From the human T2T-CHM13v2.0 reference genome, Homo sapiens, in the NCBI RefSeq assembly GCF_009914755.1, contig NC_060936.1: a stretch of 64,000 nt of DNA. One strand, 5' to 3'. How positions within the stretch are numbered: position 1 is the stretch's first letter; each line of letters begins with the position of its first letter. This document shows, piece after piece, positions 39,213 through 55,225 of this stretch. The position numbers were made by a program, and so were the translations under genes. Below the pieces are notes generated by a model. That model made no database searches and had not been told where the DNA came from. It was given only the letters and a program-made list of their open reading frames with translations.

Positions 39213-40059
39213 ATCTCGAGGACTCAGAAGTGGAGTTGAGACTAGAGCCCACAGTAGGAATGTCTTCCATGAAAGTCTTTGGCATAGGCCAGCCAACATT
39301 CTCCTGCAATGACTGGGCCACTGGGGGTGGGGTGGGTTGGGGTGCCCCTGCCAAAGGGAAGCTTCTCTGCTCCCATCTTTTTGCAAACACCCCTGCCACC
39401 TCTTCCTGACTCATGGGGTCAGCAGCTGGCATTTTGGGGCCAGGGCAGGAGGTAGAGTGGTGACCACGCCTGGCACGGGTGTGGTAGGGGGCTGGGAGAC
39501 AGGCCTGGCACTAACACCCTGGGGTGCCCCGTTCCCATGGCGATGGGCCCACCGATGACAAACCCAAATCATCTTCATTATGGTTATTATGATTAATAAC
39601 AGGCTTTGGGAGGCTGGCATGACAGCACTGGCATCTAAAACGATACCTTTTCTTGACGACGGCAGAACAGCTGGATGCTGGGGTCTGTCTGGATGTGCAG
39701 AACACACTCACATCACTGGGCTGCCCCATCCCTGCCTCGGGCTTGGTGGCGGGGGGGTCTCTCCCTGCTGGGCACCAAGGGCTATCCATACCCCAAGCTC
39801 TAACTGAGGGGAGGGCAGGAAGGCAAGTGACTCCTGCTGAGTGCCTACTGTTTGCCAGATTGTCCATCCCACTTAGACCTCATAAGCCCACAATCTGAGG
39901 GCTTATGAGGATAAGGAAACGGAGGCTCAAAACATTTAGGTGACCTGTCCAAATGGACAGAGCTGAGATCTGTTTGCACACAAGTCTTTAAAACCCCAGG
40001 GACTAGGCACCTCAACCCAATTCTACAAGAATTTCTGGAGAGAACCATTAAAGAGTAAA

Positions 40060-40230
40060 GCCCAGCTGGGCATGGTGGTGCATGCCTGTAAGCCTGGGAC
40101 CTTGAAAGGCTGAGGTAGGAGGATCGCTTGAGCCTCGGAGGTTGAAGCTGCAGTGAGCCGTGATTGCACTACTGCATTCCAGCCTGGGTGACAGAGCAAG
40201 AGATCCTGTCTCGAAAAAAAGAAAAAAAAA
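40060..40230 (+). mobile_element. Alu right-arm monomer
   Basis: agctgggcatggtggtgcatgcctgta...gacagagcaag followed by an A tail. Confidence 0.88.
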
Positions 40231-40402
40231 GAGCAAAATGCTAAAATATCCTTCCACATCTCTATCCCATTTAATCATCAAAACAGCCTTATGAGATAGG
40301 TGCTATTAGTGCCTGCCCCTACTCCCATTTTACAGGTGAGGAAACTAAGGATCAGGGAACCAGGTGTGTGTTAAACACAAGTTTCTGGAATCTATCTCAA
40401 GG

Positions 40403-40799
40403 TATTATAGACTGAATTTTGCCTCCCCCAAATTTAGTATGTTGAACCCCTAACCCCCAATTTGATTGTATTTAGTGATAAAGCCTATAGGGAGGTGATT
40501 AAGGTTAAATGAGATTGTAAGTTCGAGGCCCTAATCCAATAAGATTGGTGTTCTTATAAGAAGAGGAGAGACATCAGAGACCTCTCTCTCTCTCTTTCGG
40601 TGCACAGAGAAGAGGCCATATGAGGACACAGTAAGAAGGTGGCCATCTACAAGCTGGGAAGAGAGCCCTCACTAGACACTAAATTTGCCAGCACCTTGAT
40701 TTTGGACTTTCAGCCTCCAGAACTGTAAGAAAATAAATGTCTGTTGTTTAAACCCCTGAGTCTGGTATTGTGTTATAGCAGCCCAAGCTGACTAATACA
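40403..40799 (+). mobile_element. MLT1A/MST-like LTR
   Basis: tattatagactgaatttt...gactaataca. Confidence 0.82.
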
Positions 40800-42673
40800 T
40801 GCACTCCCTAATTATTTGCTGACTGGCTGAGTGAGTAATGAATGAGGGAACTTCCAGGCCTATCTCCTGAGAGATACTGGCCCTGCTTCCTGCAAAGCCC
40901 AAAGCCTGGCCAGCTCCCTTCTCTCTCCACTCCTATAATCCAGCCCCCAGGTTGCTGATCAGGGCCATAGATGCCCCTTATTCAAGGGGTGTCTCCTGGC
41001 CTCTGGCGGCTGCACTAGGGGCTCCAGGCTGCAATGGGGGCAGTTACTGAAGATGCCTTGTCATGAACAAGAGGGAGTAAATGGACCTGAACCCCTGAGG
41101 GGACCCTGTGGATCCCTAGAGCTACACTGGTGGTATTCATAAATATTGAGGTAAATCTACAACCTGGGAAAGGTCCTGGGATTCATGGGACACCCCAGAG
41201 TTCCACCTCCCTGTCATAGTTTGCAACGCACTTGCTTTGGTGGAGCCCAGTTGCTACATAAGAAGTTTGACTACCCTGAGACTGCCATGGTGTGAGGAAG
41301 CCCAATGTAGTCAAGCAGAGAGGCTGCATGAAGAGGGAAAAGCAGGGAGATGAGAGAGACCCCATCAGCCCCCCAGATGTTTCAGCCAGCCCAGCCCAGC
41401 TGTGTGAATGTGGAAGCCTTCAGATGTCTCCAACTTCACCCCCTCCCCGCCATCTGATTGCACCTACAGGACAAACCGAGCACAAGAGCTCAGCTGAGCC
41501 CAGTCAACCCACAGAACTATGAGGGATGACAATACCTTGTTTTAAGCCACTAAGTTTTGAGATGGTTCATTGCAGAATAAAGGATAAAAGCACAAGAAGT
41601 CATTGATGGCTACTTGTGGGTGGCCAGGAAATGTGAATTTCTTGTTGGGAGATGTTGCTGAAGGCACTCCCTGGGTTTGTGTTGACAACCTGGCTGGGGC
41701 AGGGGTGGGAGGGGCTGCTCTCTGGACAAGGAGACCAGAAGCCACCTTGCCCTTGACTTGGTTGAACTAACTTCCTGGTTGACAATGGGTCTCCATGAAT
41801 GAGCTAAAGGAAGGGATGCCCAAGGCATTCCATTTCTTTTTCTTCCTCTTCTCCTTGTGGCTTCAGAAAACTGAGTCTAAAGGAAGAAAATCAGAGGTCC
41901 TGCACCCCTTTCCTCCACCTCAGGGACAAGCCACTGTTGAGGAGAAAGAGAGAGGTATGGACATGCCACCAGGAGGGAAGAATTTCTGCTTTTTATAAAA
42001 CAGCCCAGAAGCAAGTTAGAGAAAACTCTTACTGGGCCTCCTTTTGTCTTGATGCAAATACTTGGGTTGACAGTGAAGTCACCCAACATTGCGTCCTTGC
42101 AGTTCCCTTGGGACACTGGGAAACTGGGAAGGGTATGAGTTCCCTGCCAGTGAACCAGGAACTTAACTGCTGCTGGGGAGTCAGAGGGAAGAAGGGATTC
42201 TACACAGTCTTGCCCTCCCGGGCTTCTTGGGTTCCAACTGGAGGGACTCTCTTCAAGTATCTATTAATATATTTATATATTTACTGCCTACTTACTGCCT
42301 TATCTTAGGGACTACAAATAATTTTGTAGACTATGGTTAATCTTTCTTGGGTGGAGCAAAATCTGAAAAAGAAACAAGCGCCTGTTTGGTCCTCATCACA
42401 CAGAAACAGCTACATGAAGTTTTGTCAAACTCCAAATGGTCCAACTTATAACAGATTCAAGGTGTCATATAACACAAACAAGATTCACTTTGTCCGGGTT
42501 CCTGGGGCATTCCTCAAAAAAATAAAAAAATAAATAAATAAAATAAAAAAAAATCAGTGGTTCTCAAAAGCAGCTGAAACTGAAGTAAAATGAGAGAAAC
42601 TGTGGGGCTTTCTGGAAAGATGCACCATTCGTTATAAAATGCAGGATTATAAAAAACATGCAGAGGTTTAAAA

Positions 42674-42729
42674 TGAGAGAGAGAGAGAGAGCGAGAGAGA
42701 GACAGCAAGAGAGAGAGAAGGAGAGAGAG
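42674..42729. repeat. (GA)n-rich microsatellite
   Basis: Seen directly. Confidence 0.9.
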
Positions 42730-43564
42730 TGCAGTCCAAATTAAAAGTCACAAGGGTAGACTTTCTGAATTATGGGTTGTTTATTTGAGATCAAGCTGTT
42801 TCTCATGTGGCCAACTCAATGCGGCTTGCTCTAGGGTGAGTAGTGGCTGAGAGTTAATTACTTAATGATGGTTAATGATTCTCCTGGGTGATACTGGGAG
42901 GTATATGCAAATTAATACTAATTGCTACAACTCAGCAGCAGCTACCCTTTGCGGAGCTTTTGAGGTGCATTGGGCACTGGGTGGATGCTTGATGCGTGTT
43001 CTCATTTTATCCTCACGAGAACTGACAGAGGAAGGCATCAACAAACCTACCACTTTTCTTGCAGACAAGGAAACTAAAGTTCAGAGACGTTGTTCGGCTT
43101 GATTAAAGTCGCATTTAATAAGTGGAAGAGCTGTGTCAGGCCATGGGTGCCTCTGACTTTAAATCTCTTGCTGTTAACTGTACTCTTCCTGTACTAAAAT
43201 CACTTAATTCCTAAGAAAACTTTGAGCAAGGCCTCTTGGGTGATCTCAACTTCCAAGTGAATTACTTAGGGTTAGAGGAGAGTCCTCCAGTTAAATTAAA
43301 GGGTAGGGGCTTTGAAAGGTCTGGGGGTGCTCTGTGTCCAATCACACACACTCAAAGACAAGACAGGTGAGCAAGGTGCTGGCCCCCCCAGGGGGAAACA
43401 GAGCAGGGCCTTGGCATCCCACATCAGTAGAGCAGCTGCCCCACTCAGCTCAGCAACCTCAGGACCAACCCTGAGTCTAGGTCACTAAAGCCATTTGGAC
43501 TAACTTCCCACCTCCTGACCATCATCTGTCAGGAAACTCTCCGGGTCTTCCCACTGCCTCTCAC

Positions 43565-43698
43565 CTGCCAGCCTGCAGCACCCCAGAAATGCTGAAGAGT
43601 CCAAAGTCCGTGATGACCACTTTGCCGTTGTCATAGAAGACGTTCTTTGACTTGAGGTCCTTGTGTAGGATTCCCTTGGCGTGGAGGTAGCCCATGCC
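43565..43698 (-). CDS. KSR2: KSR2 coding exon (134 nt), [44 protein letters not shown](R); catalytic loop and DFG
   Basis: Acceptor cttcttgcag|GGC, donor AG|gtgaga. Carries the KSR-type HKDLKSKN loop (HKD rather than HRD) and an intact DFG. Confidence 0.98.
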
Positions 43699-44743
43699 CT
43701 GCAAGAAGCAAGGAACAGAGAGTTGCCAGAGAAAAACCTAAGAGCTTGCTGCCACCCTGGCTTGAGTTCACATTCCTTGTCCTGAAGACTTGGCTCCCTA
43801 ATGGGACCACACTCAACAGAGGCAGGGCCTGGGGTCTGACCGTGGGTCCTGGGGGTGAGGTCGGGGAAGGCATGGCAAGCGGGAACAGGCAGGGCCCCCA
43901 AGACACAAATCCACTGCCACTCTTAGACCACAGAAAGGCCAGCCCCATTTGCTCATCTGATTCCTGAAGAAGAAACAAAAAGATCCCCAGGGAAAGGAAT
44001 TCAACCAACCATTTTCATCCACTTCCCCTTTAAATACTAACTCTTCCGCAAGACTAGATAGTCAGATCTACTTAACCTATGCTGCCGCAGAAGGCAATGA
44101 GTTCCTAAAGAGATGTTCACAACTGCTCATTAAGAACACACAGAAGAGTCTATTGGAGGCCTCGTTCAAGGGCAAACATCTAGAGTTGTGGTGGTTTCTT
44201 TTTTATTGCCTTTGTGAGCAGTCACATCTTTTATTTCCTCATGCAGCTCAGTCCTAACACCTCCAAATGAGAAATAAAAGCTTGAGTACAACTGACTAAT
44301 AAGGCCCCTTCCAGAAAACACAGAATGTTCTTGTTTGTTTTAATCCAAAACAACACCCAACAATTTGATGTTTCCCTAGCAGCAGTGGAGAGAGATGGTT
44401 TCCACTCATGGAAATTCAAGGACTCGAAGGATGGTGGATCCTAACCAAGAGGGCTGAATAGCTTGTATGTGACCCCTGGTCCTTGCATAGGTCCAAGTAC
44501 CATAGTGATGAGACACCAGATGGAAACCAAACATTGGTGGATAGTTCCTAAAGATCGTATCGAGGCAGAATTCTTACTTATACATGGCCTGGCATTTTTC
44601 AGGTCAAGTCTAATTTCTTTTAAGTCCAGATTGGTAGTCTGAAATCCAACCATGAATCTTAGGAGCCCTGGGGTAGGGGGGCTTCCCTGGGGGAAACTGG
44701 GTCTTTCTGAGATTTAGATAGGAGGCCCAAGAGCCGACAGTAC

Positions 44744-44840
44744 CTTCACAATTTCTTGAGCAATCTGCCTGGTTTTGTTGACATCCAAAACGATTTTGGC
44801 ATCCCTCACAACGGAATAGAGCGTCCGTCCCTTACAGAGG
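44744..44840 (-). CDS. KSR2: KSR2 coding exon (97 nt, phase 2 to 0), (S)[32 protein letters not shown]
   Basis: Acceptor tgcttttcag|C, donor AAG|gtactg. The peptide matches the recalled KSR2 kinase domain and the frame joins the next exon. Confidence 0.97.
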
Positions 44841-47068
44841 CTGAAAAGCAAAAGGACAAGATAAATTAATGGCAGTCGTTCAGAAGAAGGTGACCCACAA
44901 CAGTTACTACAAGTGACAAATGATGGCATAGACACGTGGACATGCCACTATTGTGCTTATGAGATAATAAGTCTGGGACTGGACTTCAGATCTGGTTCTG
45001 GGATGGAGATCTGGGAGGAAGTTCTTGCAGATTCTTTAGAAACTTGGCCAATGTGGCTGACCGACAAGGACACCCACAGAATCTAGCCTAGTCCAGAAAT
45101 GGGTTTGCCATGTCCAATCCATCCCAGAGGCTCACAGGTGGAAAGCAGCACATAAATCAAAAACTTCTGGGTCCTCAGACGCCACTCAGACAGCATTCTG
45201 TTGGCCATTCACACCAGCTGCATGCACTTACCAGGAGTCAGTGTGTGAGGACAGTGATGAAAGACCAGCAGAGTGGTGGCTGATGTGTATTAAGTATCAT
45301 CAGCAAACGATGCAGTCAATTGTTTGGACAGGGATGTGTAAACACCAGTAATACCACCCCCAAACCAGACGCCTGTCTAGATAAAGAGTTTTTCAAACTA
45401 TGTTCAGCCTCATTGAGTTCATTTCGAGGACCAGTAGTTTAAGATGAATGACAGGATGAAAAAGGACATTATGCACTGAAAGTAACACCTTCTCATTTAG
45501 TTGCCTGTATGCTCATCTGTCCTGTTCCTCCGCAGTGAGCACAATTCCCAGCACGCACAGAGCAGGCACCCACAAGCTGTCACTGAATGAATGAATTCTA
45601 GATTCATCATAGCACTCCCAGCCCCTAGCACCGTGACTGGCTCAGAGTATCCAATGTGGGCCAAAAGAAGAAAGAACGTCACTGTGAAAATTAATTTTCC
45701 ATCTACATCAAAATCACAGTTTGAATTTTCCTCTTTTAACCTGTGATGTTATTGCTAAAATACTCCTGGCATTGTGTTCATTCATTTGGTGTTTACTGAG
45801 CCCTTGTTGTGTACTGGGCTTTGCTGAGATTGTATTTCCTGTGGTTGAAGCAAGAGCGCTGGCATCAGAGGGATCTCAGAATCCCAGCTCTGCTCCTTAC
45901 TTACTGTATGTCTTGAGGTGGGTTACCTCACCTCTCTGGGCCTCAGTTTCCTCATCGATCAAAGGAAACTAATAATACTTAACCCTGTAGTTGAATACGA
46001 GGATTGAATGAGATAAAAGAGTTGGAAACAGGCCTTGGCATCCAGTGGGAAGTATAGCACAGTGGTTAGGAGCATGGGGGCTTAGAGTAGGACTAACGGG
46101 TTAGAATCCTGATCTGTCATTTAGTGGCTGTGTGACCTTGGGTGGGTGCATTAACCTCTCTGAGCTTCAGTTTTATTATCTGCAAAATGGGGCCAACAGC
46201 TGCTGCCTTTCTGGGTTGTCAGGAGAACCACATGAAATCAGGCATGTAAAGGTGTAGGCACCTCTCTATGCCTAGTACATTTCATGGTAACTTTCCATGA
46301 GATCACTGGCTATTATAAAAAGTTGTTAAGTGATTAATAAAATAGTAAACAGACACACATACACTTGTACAAATATATATAAGTGATATATCTATACACA
46401 TATCACAACTGTTTATCTGTCCACCCATCCGTATACTAATCTAAAATGCCACTGATAGCCACCCATGATCTTTGACTAACATTTTTTTCTTCATCTGCTT
46501 AAGGCGACAGTCCCCGGGTAGCTGACTCACAGAAAGTCTGATTCACATGTCTGAGGAGGTCACCCAGCCAGTTGGCAGGAGGCAGCCCAGAATGAGTCAG
46601 GGCTGACCCTGCATCCCCCAGGTTGCTGTCCCAGGCAGGGCATTTGCTGTGGCTGCTGGAGCAGAGGTGGAGGAAGGGTGGGCAGAGCAGCCAATTACTC
46701 CATGTTGACATTTCAATATTTGAGACTGTGGGCAGAGTCCCTCCCCTGGGTACTTAGTTCCTGAACAGCCACCTACACTCATCACAGGCCAGATCCCAGA
46801 AAATACCCTCCCCACTGCAGACCGCAGAGCAAATCACCGCCAACAGGCTCCAAGACTCCCTGGACTCTCCTGCTCAGGGTAACTGCAGGAAAGTCTCAAG
46901 CTTCAGATTTCCACGCCTTGTCTTCTTTCCCTCCTTACAACCTCTTTCCCTTCAGCAGCTGCTGAAGTCTTTGCTTCTCTCACTCCCGTATGACCTCAAG
47001 AGCTTCTGGAGAAACTACCGCACCAGTTTGGCACAGCTACTAAAGTGAAATATACATACAAATAACCC

Positions 47069-47424
47069 TGATATGGTTTGGCTGTGTCCCCACCCAAATC
47101 TCACCTTGAATTGTAATAATCCCCAAGTGTCAAGATCAGGGCCAGGTGGAGATAATTGAATTATGGGGGCAGTTTCCCCCATACTGTTCTCCTGGTATTG
47201 AATAAGTCTCATGAGATCTGATGGTTTTATAAAGGGGAGTTCCCCTGCACAAGCGCTCTTGCTTGCCACCATGTAAGACGTGCCTTTGTTTCCCCTTTGC
47301 CTCCCATCATAATTGTGAGGCCTCTCCAGCCATGTGGAACTGTGAGTCCATAAAACCTCTTTCCTTTATAAATTACCCAGTCTCCGGTAGGTCTTTATTA
47401 GCAGCGTGAAAACGGACTAATACA
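47069..47424 (+). mobile_element. THE1 solo LTR
   Basis: tgatatggtttggctgtgtcccc...cggactaataca; TSD aaccc/aatcc. Confidence 0.92.
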
Positions 47425-47550
47425 AATCCACAACCAGCGATTCTTCCTCTAAGTAAGTACCCAACAGATATGAATTCTCATATTCACCCCTACACATGCA
47501 CTAGAATGTTAAAGCAACCTATCTGTTGAAATCCCAAACTAGAACCAACC

Positions 47551-48058
47551 TGCAATGGATTGAATGTTTGTGTCCCCAATTCCGTATGTTGAAATCCTAA
47601 TCCCAACGTGATGGTATTAGGAGGTGAGGCTTTGGAAGATAATTAAGTCATGAGAGCGGAGCCTCATGAATGGGATTAGTGCTCCTTTAAAAGGGACTCC
47701 AGCTAGTTCTCTTGCTGTTTCCTTGCCATATGAGGATATAAGGAGAAGTCAAAAGTCTGGAAGACGGCCCTCCCCAGAATCTGCCCATGCTAGCACTGGA
47801 TCTTTGACTTTTCAGCCTTTGGAACTGTGAGAAATAAATTTCTTTTTTCTTTTTTTTTTTTTTGAGATAGAGTCTCGCTCTGTCATCCAGGCTGGAGTGC
47901 AGTGGCGCAATGTTGGCTCACTGCAACCTCTGACTCCTGGGTTCAAGTGATTCTCCTGCCTCAGCCTCCCAAGTAGCTGGGACTACAGGCTCAATTTCTG
48001 TTGTTTCTAAGCCACTCAGTCTGCAGTACCGTGTCACGGTAGTCCAAACTAAGACGCA
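47551..48058 (+). mobile_element. MLT1A-like LTR containing a truncated minus-strand Alu (about 47841-47990)
   Basis: MLT1A motifs; the Alu is flanked by an aatttct repeat. Confidence 0.8.
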
Positions 48059-48466
48059 ACCCAAATGTTCGTCAACAGAAAAGTGGATAAAATATGATAT
48101 ATACTTATAACAAAATATGTTCATGCTGTACTATATAAAAATAACCAAGCTACTGCTAACTGCAAAAAGCATGGATAAAGCTCACCAACATAATGTTGAG
48201 TGAAGGAAGCCTGACACCCAAGACTACTCCATTTATATAAAGTGCATAAGCAAATGAAACTGACCTACATGCTGAAAGTCGGCACAGTGATGGCCCTTGT
48301 GTGTGTGTGTGTGTGGTGGGCGGGGGTGCTGGAAGGAGCATTATTAGGGGGCTGGGGGAAGGCAGTGTTCTGTGTTTTGATTTGGGCGCTGGTTACATGG
48401 ATACATACTTAGTGGAAACTCATTGGGCTGTTCTTTTATGATCTGGATAATTTTGAAGGTACGTTA

Positions 48467-48739
<273 letters not shown>

Positions 48740-49964
48740 TTAATATAATTAATGTATGGCGTTGAAATCTGTAAAAAATGTAAAGCGGCACTGATACCCA
48801 AGGTATCCTTTTCTAAAGTCTTTACCCAGTGAAGAGTATTTGCAGATGGGCAATGTCTACAGAGGAATTTGGGGCTCCAGGCCTGGCTGTGCCCACCTGG
48901 ATGTTTATCAGGAACAAAGCTGGAGACAAGTTCAAGATGAAAGCTGAGCTTTAAAGATGAGCAGGCCTCAGGCAGATGTCCAGGATGACTGAGGCTAGGG
49001 CGGCCCCGGCAAGTCAGTCCAAGTGTCCACAGCAACTGCTCTGAGCTTGGAATTCCTCATGACTAATAATGGTGGCCTAAAAGCCACTCGCAGTGTGGGA
49101 TGTGGGGAAAGGAAGGGAGAAGAGGATGAAAGTTTACTGAGTATGTGCTTAGGACCTATATCACCTCCATGATTCCTTCTAGCAATGCTGCAACCCCTAT
49201 ATATATAATAGCAAACCCTATTATATCTATTTTATGGGTGAGGATATGGACACCTAGAGGACCAGCTCGTGGATGCATAGCCTTGATGGGAACCCATTCC
49301 CGATCTTCTTCCTATCTTCTCCTCCACTGTGTGGGTGCCCAGTTATCAGACATGATTCTTGAGCCATTAATTAGATATCACAGCTAAGGGAACAGAGGAG
49401 CACAAACTGAGTCCAAATCCCGACTCCAGCATTCACTACTTGCTGGGTGACCTTCAGAAATGACTTCAACCTCAGTTTCCATGTCTGTAAAATGGGCACA
49501 GCAGAAACAATACAGGCTGACATGTCCTGGGCACATTCTATGTGCCAGACACTAGCCTAAGGATAAGAGTCTTACAAAGTGGGTATTCTTGCTGTATCTC
49601 GTTGATTCCAAAGATGCACATCTCTAAAATCAGAATGTGTCCTGCAATCATTGACAGATCATAGTTTCATTGGCACTACATTTCTTTCTTTGTAGCCCAT
49701 AAAATAAATGGTGAATATTCTTTTCTTTGAGATGGGGTCTCACTATGTTGTCCGGGCTGGTCTCAAACTCCTGGGCTAAAGTGATCCTCCTGTCTCAGTC
49801 TCCCAAAGTGCTGGGATTACAGACATGAGCCGCTGCACCCAGCCTAAATGGTGAATATTCTAATTGAAGGTATCTTCAATGATTTAATGAAGCATGGTAT
49901 CAATCTCATTTTATAGATGACAAAATTGAGGCTCAGGGGTTAAGTAGAGCGGGGATGAATTTAA

Positions 49965-50908
<944 letters not shown>

Positions 50909-51713
50909 TGCAGGAACTGGGGTTTGAATGCAGGCCACCTGGATCTGGAGGCTATGTTCTTAAAATCCATCTTTTGCTTCTTAACAACTTTCTCTGAGTC
51001 TCTGGCATGTCATAAGCCCTCAGAAAGTGGTAGCTGTAATGTCACTATCCCCATCGCCTACGGCAATGAAGATTAACGAGGTCTGCTGGTAGTACAGTCC
51101 ATCTGGAGGTCAGCAGAAAGTGTTTTAGTGGCTCAATAGTGTATTTAGTATCTCTCTAGCTTCTAGTGCACATGCACACATGCACCTCTCGGTATTTCTG
51201 TACACCAAAAATCATCTTTCTCCAAGAAGAGGGGCAAGGCCTGGGAATTCTCCATCTTATCTGCAGGCTACCCCACCTCTCCCAGCCTGGCCTCAGGCAG
51301 TACCCTCAAGGCTGCCCTTTGAGTCCCTATCTCAGGTGACACAGAGAGCCTTTGGCTAAGATGGCACTGTGGGTACAAGATGTTTATTATAAACCAACCT
51401 AAAAGGGGCTTGTCAGAAACAATGAGATAAAATCATCTAGAAGGTTTGTCTCTGAGGGCCTCTGTCCAGACTGGCTCATTCTGCCAAAACAGTGACTGGG
51501 ACAGAAGTCTGAATGCCTGTGGCAGCCATGTCCTTTCCCTCCTCCAAACGCTTCAGCACCAAGCCCAGGTGGGGAGCAGGGGCTTTTTCTGGGAGCAGCC
51601 ACCTCTGAGGACTGACACCCTGGCTCCCAGCCCAGCTCTGTCACCTGAAGCCCCCACGACCTTGGGGCACACTGCATCTCATGGGGGCACAGGCTCTGCC
51701 TCTATAACCAGGA

Positions 51714-52200
51714 GTGTGGTGAACTGAATAATGGCTCCAAAGATGTCCACATCCTAATCCCTGGAACTGGTGAAAATTTACCCTACATGGCAAAGGAGAC
51801 TTTGCAGATGTGATTGAGTCATACTCTTGAGATAGACAGATTATCCTGGATTAGCCAGGCGGGCCAGATGGATGTAATCGCAGGGTCTTCAAAAGCAAAG
51901 GGGGAGACAAAAGAGAGAGGCAGAAGGAGATGTGATAGAAGAGGGGGCTGAATGGTTGTGATGGGGGAGAAGGACTCAACCCACCATCGCTGACTTTGAA
52001 GATGGAGAAGGGGGCACGAGCCAAGGAATGCAGGCAGCCTCTAAAAAGCTGGAAAAAGGCAAGAAAATGGATTCTCCCCTAGAATCTCTAGAAGGAGCAC
52101 AGCCCTGCCAACATCCTGATTTTAGCTCCATGAGACCCACTTTGGACTTCTGACTTTCAGAACCATGTTCTTGTTGTTTGTTGTTTCAAGCCACTAAGAC
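51714..52200 (+). mobile_element. MLT1D-like LTR
   Basis: aataatggctccaaagatgtccacatcctaatccctggaac...gattctcccctagaatctctagaagg. Confidence 0.82.
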
Positions 52201-52840
52201 AGTGGGGCAGTAAGTGCTGCCTCGTGAGCAGATGGGAGGTTGAGATGAAAGCACACAAGCGCTTCATCCAGTGTCCAGCTAAAGCGTTTACTCCTTCACC
52301 AGCTGCTCATATTATCACTAATAATATTACCATGAATATTATTGCTAATAATATTCTTCTTCCTGAATGACGACAACTGTTCCTCACTGTCTCTCTGGCT
52401 TCCCCAGTTCATTCTTCGTCCAGTACTATGAGCGATTGCTTCAAAATGCACAATTGATCAGGTCACTCCACTGCTACAATGACTCCCCAGCACTCTCTGG
52501 ATAGAGAGTCTCCCAGTGCCTGGAGGTCCCATATAGTCTGGCTCACACACACCATTTTCCCTCTTCTCATATGACTCTCCCTGTCATTCACGGAGTTCCA
52601 ATCACACCAGCCCATCTCCGAGCCTTTGCCTCTGCCATTTCCTTGGCCTGCAATGCTTTTCCCACTTGCCTCAAAAGCCTCCCATGGCCTCTCCAACTAG
52701 GTCACTCCCCCCAATAGGTCCCTGAAGCACTGTGGACTCCACCTTTGCAACACCTGCTGAGGTTGTAATTGAACAGGTGTTGCCTGGAGCCTATGATGAC
52801 GAACTGTCTCCCCCTCCAGACTGTAAGCCTTAAGAGGACA

Positions 52841-53195
52841 GTTACATGGTTTGGCTGTGTCCCTACCCAAATCTTAACTTGAATTGTATCTCTCAGAATT
52901 CCCATGTGTTGTGGGAGGGGCCCAGGGGGAGGTAATTGAATCATGGGGGTGAGTCTTTCCTGTGCTATTCTCGTGATAGGGAATAAGTCTCACGAGATCT
53001 AATGGGTTTATCAGGGGTTTCTGCTTTTGCTTCTTCCTCATTTTCTCTTGCTGCTGCCATGTGAGAAGTGTCTGTCACCTCCTGCCATGATTCTGAGGCC
53101 TCCCCAGCCATAGGGAACTGTAAGTCCAATTAAACCTCTTTTTCTTCCCAGTCTCCGGTAGGTCTTTGTCAGCAGCGTGAAAATGGACTAATACG
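52841..53195 (+). mobile_element. THE1A-like solo LTR inserted in an L2 remnant
   Basis: LTR termini; TSD gacag/ggcag. Confidence 0.9.
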
Positions 53196-53483
53196 GGCAG
53201 GGACTGGGTTTATCTGGTTAATGTTACAGGTGCTGAACACACGAATGAATGAATGGATGCAGTGCCTTAGGCTGCTTCCCATGGCCAGACCTTCCCTTCC
53301 AGTATTCCAGGGAGTGAGATCCCCATCATGGAGTGACAACCAATAAAACATAACAGCTTCTATGGGGGTCTGCACCTGCGGTCTCCTTTGCCACAGTCCT
53401 CACCACTCTGTAGTGTACCACACCTGGTCTACTTCCTGCATTTACACACCTACCTAGACCCCATAGGTGTTTAAACACTAGGC

Positions 53484-53665
53484 CAGTGGTTAACAAACCT
53501 GAGCAGGCACTAGAATCTCCTGGGAAGCTTTGTTAAAACAAAGGTGGCTGGCACTACCCCAACCACCTTTAACCTGCAAATAGAGTTTCTGATTTGCATT
53601 TCTAACAAGTTTCCAGAAAATGCTGATGCTGGGGGTCCAGGGAACCCCACTTTGAGAACCACCGC
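53484..53665. mobile_element. MER5A-like MITE
   Basis: cagtggtt...gaatctcctgggaagc...tttgcatttctaacaag...cactttgagaaccac. Confidence 0.8.
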
Positions 53666-54921
53666 TCAAGCCCACTCTCCTTTTATGGAGGCCCAGAGGT
53701 CATCTCTTAAGTTCAAAATCCACTACATGGATGCCAGAATGGTCCTGGCACAGTGTTCTAGGTGCAGGAGATACTGTATGCACGACAGACCTAGTCCTTA
53801 ATCCTACAAGCTGAAGGTCTAGTGGAGAAGGAAGGCAATAAACAAATAAATGAGACTTCAGAGAGATACAAGTGCTGTAAAGAGAATGCAGAGACTTATT
53901 GGATAGAGAGTAGATGGAGTTGGGGGCATCTTTAGCCAGGGTGCCCAGGGAAAGCCACTCTGGGGAGGTAATCTTTATTCTGAGAGCTGAATGAAGAAAA
54001 AAGCCAGGCATGTGGAAATCTGGGGAGAGAACTCCAAGCTGGGGAAACCAGCCAGTGCAAAGGCCCTGAGGTAGGACAACGTGTGGCATGCTTGAGTAAC
54101 ACGGCAAAGGCCATCTGGCTGGAATCCAAAGAGTGTCTCCCAGTGGCTACTCTCTACAGGTGTTTGCCTTCCAAATAAAAGACATAGATAGCTGGGTGCA
54201 AATAGTCCCTGGCGCTGCCTGGCTTGAGCTCCCAAGGCAGTTGGTTTCAAAGTCAGCTGTTATTTCAAAAAACACTCGAGCTGTCAGAGGGATTTACAAC
54301 CCCTCTGCTGCTCACTCCCTTTTAAGCATTCCCCACTTCTTGAAACTCAAATCCCAGTTAATTGTCCCATGCTCTTTCCCCCTCCCTTGAGTAAATAAAT
54401 CACATTCCAAGTTACAGGTCGCACACTCCATCAAATTCCAGCCTCCGGCAATCTCTAACTTCCAAGTTGCTCATGAATCTAACACTCAAGATATTAAACC
54501 TTGGGACTCTGGGGCTTTATAATAAAAAATGCCAGGTTAGCTTCCTATAAAAATGGGACATGCCAGAAAGCAAGTGAGAAATGCCAGCTGTCTGCCACCT
54601 GCTTAACTCAACGTGTGTCCAGGAAATGAAGAGTTATAGAGTTCCATTAAGTAAGGGGCTGGCTGGGGAAGGCTCACATCCTAGCCAGACAAGAAAGATG
54701 ACAGTGGCCTGCCAGGCATCAGAATATGCAAAGACAGAGCCTAGCTGCCCACGAGGGCACTGAGCTTTTGTTAATGCAGGCCCTCCCTCCCCTCCTTCAG
54801 CCTTTGATATTGCTGCAAAGCTCAGAAGTGGGGAGGGAAAAAGGAAGCGTAGACTCTCTGTCTTGCTGAGTTCTTCTCCCCAGAACTGAATCTGATTTTG
54901 CTAAGTCAAGAGGTCAGAGGC

Positions 54922-55225
<304 letters not shown>

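Noticed and set aside
48960-49050. Intronic frame reading LSHPGH, identical to six residues near the KSR2 C-terminus (possible decayed exon copy)
   Set aside because: Only about 19/25 nt match in the core, gaps are needed elsewhere, and there are no matching splice sites. A 6-aa match between about 210 aa and six frames of 64 kb is plausible by chance.
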